Of a DNA stretch of 64,000 nt, positions 62,171 to 64,000 are shown piece by piece (position 1 is the first letter of the stretch; each line of letters begins with the position of its first letter). Position numbers and translations under genes: made by a program. The notes under the pieces are model-generated. The model was given only the letters and a program-made list of their open reading frames with translations. It did not search any database and was not told the origin of the DNA. The DNA lies in NCBI GenBank assembly GCA_965207375.1, contig OZ242274.1, positions 64,001 to 128,000 on the forward strand, read 5' to 3'. The stretch is from Nitrosopumilaceae archaeon. Lineage in GTDB: Archaea > Thermoproteota > Nitrososphaeria > Nitrososphaerales > Nitrosopumilaceae.

Positions 62171-62560
62171 TTATACAGTCTCCTTGCCTTTCATGTATGA
62201 TTTCAAAAGATTTCCAAAGTCTCCAATTTCATCTATACGTGGAAAAAGCATTCCGGCACCGCGATTAAGATGTGCACGGATCATTCGGTCTGCATACGTC
62301 TCATAGTCCAACCTATCCTCAGAAAGCCGTTGCTGAAACAATAATGAAAACACAAGCTCGTTTTTCCCATACAGTATGTGTGGGAGCAGCTCCATTCCCT
62401 TTTCATCATACATGTCAGAATTGGGGATACTTGGGTCATTAAGAGACAAACATATTCCAAACCTGGCAAGTACGTTTATTGAAACTCCTGTCTTGTGCTT
62501 GAGCTGTCCCAGATGATTCTGTGATCTTATTGAAAGACGCACCTTATCTAATCTGTGCAA
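62171..62560 (-). CDS. dndE: DNA sulfur modification protein DndE
   Basis: VRLS...L..LK.KTG...NVLARFGICLSL, GMEL, RAHLNRG; TTG start overlaps the dndD end. Confidence 0.9.
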   Translation of the reverse strand: MHRLDKVRLSIRSQNHLGQLKHKTGVSINVLARFGICLSLNDPSIPNSDMYDEKGMELLPHILYGKNELVFSLLFQQRLSEDRLDYETYADRMIRAHLNRGAGMLFPRIDEIGDFGNLLKSYMKGKETV

Positions 62561-64000
62561 GTTCTCCCTCCAGGAAATAGCCGGGCTCAACTGTAGTAAC
62601 AGATTTTCTCTTATCACATGTAATCTTGTATGATCTGGTAACATATTTTGACATCATATCATATTCCTTTGGAGATATTTCTCTGTCAGTTGATAATAGT
62701 ACAATCTGATGTGATGCAAATGGATAAAACTTTTCAACAAGGTTTGTCAGATGTTGACCATCTAGTCTTCCAAGCGGAGTGTCAATTACAAATGGCAATG
62801 ATCTTCCACACATCCTTGCAATTGCCCAAAGCAGTGCAGTACCCACAATCTGTCGTTCCCCCATTGATAAAAAGTCACCAGGAATCTGATCCTCGTTGTT
62901 CTCAAATACCTTAACCTCAAACGTATCTCTGTCTATCTCTATCTTTCGTATTGATTCCTTGTGCAAAAGCATTCTTGCAGTATACAGCAGATTTGATTCA
63001 AGTTCTCTTATCTTTCTCTCTTTGAGAGCAGAATAGTACGTATCTAAGACATCTTGCATCTTAGATGCAAGCTGCATGCCTGTGGATGCCGTCTTGTTGT
63101 TGTATATCGAGGTCAGCATTGCTTTTAGCTTTCCCTGTAGTATTTTCCTGTATGATGACTTTGATGATATCTGTTGATCCAAGTGTGTTAGTTCTCCCTT
63201 GAGAATTCCCATCTCTTGGTGCATTTCATTGATTTCAGTTATGCGTGGTCCAAGCTCATCGTCTTTTGGAATCCTTGCAATATCTGATTCAACAGTTTCA
63301 GCCCTTTCCTGTATTTTTACAAGATTGGTAGATATCTGAACCATATCATCAGAACCTGCATCAATTCTTTTAATCATTTCAGAAAAATATTGTACATCAG
63401 CAGGTGACAGATCAAAGTGAACCTTATCTTTTCCTGAATTGCCAAGTTCCCTAAATGCCTCAAGCATCCGTTTGGTTGCAGCTGCTGCATTAACACCTGA
63501 TGGCCAAAACTGCGAGTCAGACATCATTTTTTCTAGTCCCTGTACAAACCCTGCATTCATGTTTGCCATCATACCATACATGGTCTTTGAATCGTTTTGG
63601 ATCTTGTCATGTATTTTGTGTAACATCGATGAAACTAGATAGAATGGAGCATCTCCGGATAATTCTTCCTGGAGCTGTTTTGTCTGTACACGTACCTTTT
63701 CTTCTAAAACTGCCTTTTGTGTCAGTAGATCGCCTCGCATGTCTGCATAACCTCCCCCGATTCCAGATATTGCAGATTCCTTTAGTGCTATCTTTTTTAC
63801 CATCTCATCAATCATAGATGTAATCTTTTCTCGTTCCTGATTCAGTTCTTTTACCTCATGTATTAGTTGGTTTTTTTCTTCTGTCAGTTTTTCATAATCT
63901 TTGAGTAATGTGTTGTTTTTGTTACCACTTTTTCTTAATACGTACAAATTCAAATCTGCACGTAATCTGTGCACTAGTTCGGCCCCTATCAACGTCTCAA
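62544..64000 (-). CDS. dndD: DNA sulfur modification protein DndD (5' part outside the window)
   Basis: Coiled coil; LSMGERQ, LLWAIAR, PFVIDTPLGRLD..H, FYPFASHQIVLLSTD.EI. Confidence 0.93.
   Translation of the reverse strand, partial: ETLIGAELVHRLRADLNLYVLRKSGNKNNTLLKDYEKLTEEKNQLIHEVKELNQEREKITSMIDEMVKKIALKESAISGIGGGYADMRGDLLTQKAVLEEKVRVQTKQLQEELSGDAPFYLVSSMLHKIHDKIQNDSKTMYGMMANMNAGFVQGLEKMMSDSQFWPSGVNAAAATKRMLEAFRELGNSGKDKVHFDLSPADVQYFSEMIKRIDAGSDDMVQISTNLVKIQERAETVESDIARIPKDDELGPRITEINEMHQEMGILKGELTHLDQQISSKSSYRKILQGKLKAMLTSIYNNKTASTGMQLASKMQDVLDTYYSALKERKIRELESNLLYTARMLLHKESIRKIEIDRDTFEVKVFENNEDQIPGDFLSMGERQIVGTALLWAIARMCGRSLPFVIDTPLGRLDGQHLTNLVEKFYPFASHQIVLLSTDREISPKEYDMMSKYVTRSYKITCDKRKSVTTVEPGYFLEGELAQIR

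Overview
Chromosomal window from an ammonia-oxidising archaeon (Nitrososphaerota/Thaumarchaeota, Nitrosopumilaceae-like). The assignment rests on the unsplit RpoA, the PEFG-CTERM cluster and the gene order; a host-associated (sponge-type) lifestyle is suspected but not proven. Bases 1-39.9 kb are mostly core genes: secE-spt5-rpl11-rpl1-rpl10-rpl12, alaS-leuS, a two-intron tRNA-Gln, the rpoH-rpoB-rpoA-rpl30e-nusA-rps12-rps7 block, four PEFG-CTERM genes, larC-larE-iscS, trm5, ard1 and pyrE. One apparent insertion interrupts this: a poly-Q, repeat-domain surface protein bracketed by 43-bp direct repeats, with a C10 tract just before its start codon. From about 40 kb to the end is an accessory island. 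It contains nested IS elements and remnants (IS481, IS66, IS5/ISL2, IS3, ISH3), a 97-bp MITE with 3-bp TSDs and decayed toxin-antitoxin loci. It then continues as a defence cluster: OLD nuclease, DUF262/DUF1524 (GmrSD/SspE-like), a YwbE-Schlafen fusion, and a DNA phosphorothioation locus (dndD-dndE-dndA, cut off by the window edge) converging on a pbeABCD-like operon. The best candidate for new biology is this Pbe variant: its PbeA phospholipase-D motif has lost the catalytic His, and a multi-domain HNH nuclease gene sits directly in front of it. All family assignments come from motif recognition by eye; no searches were run.
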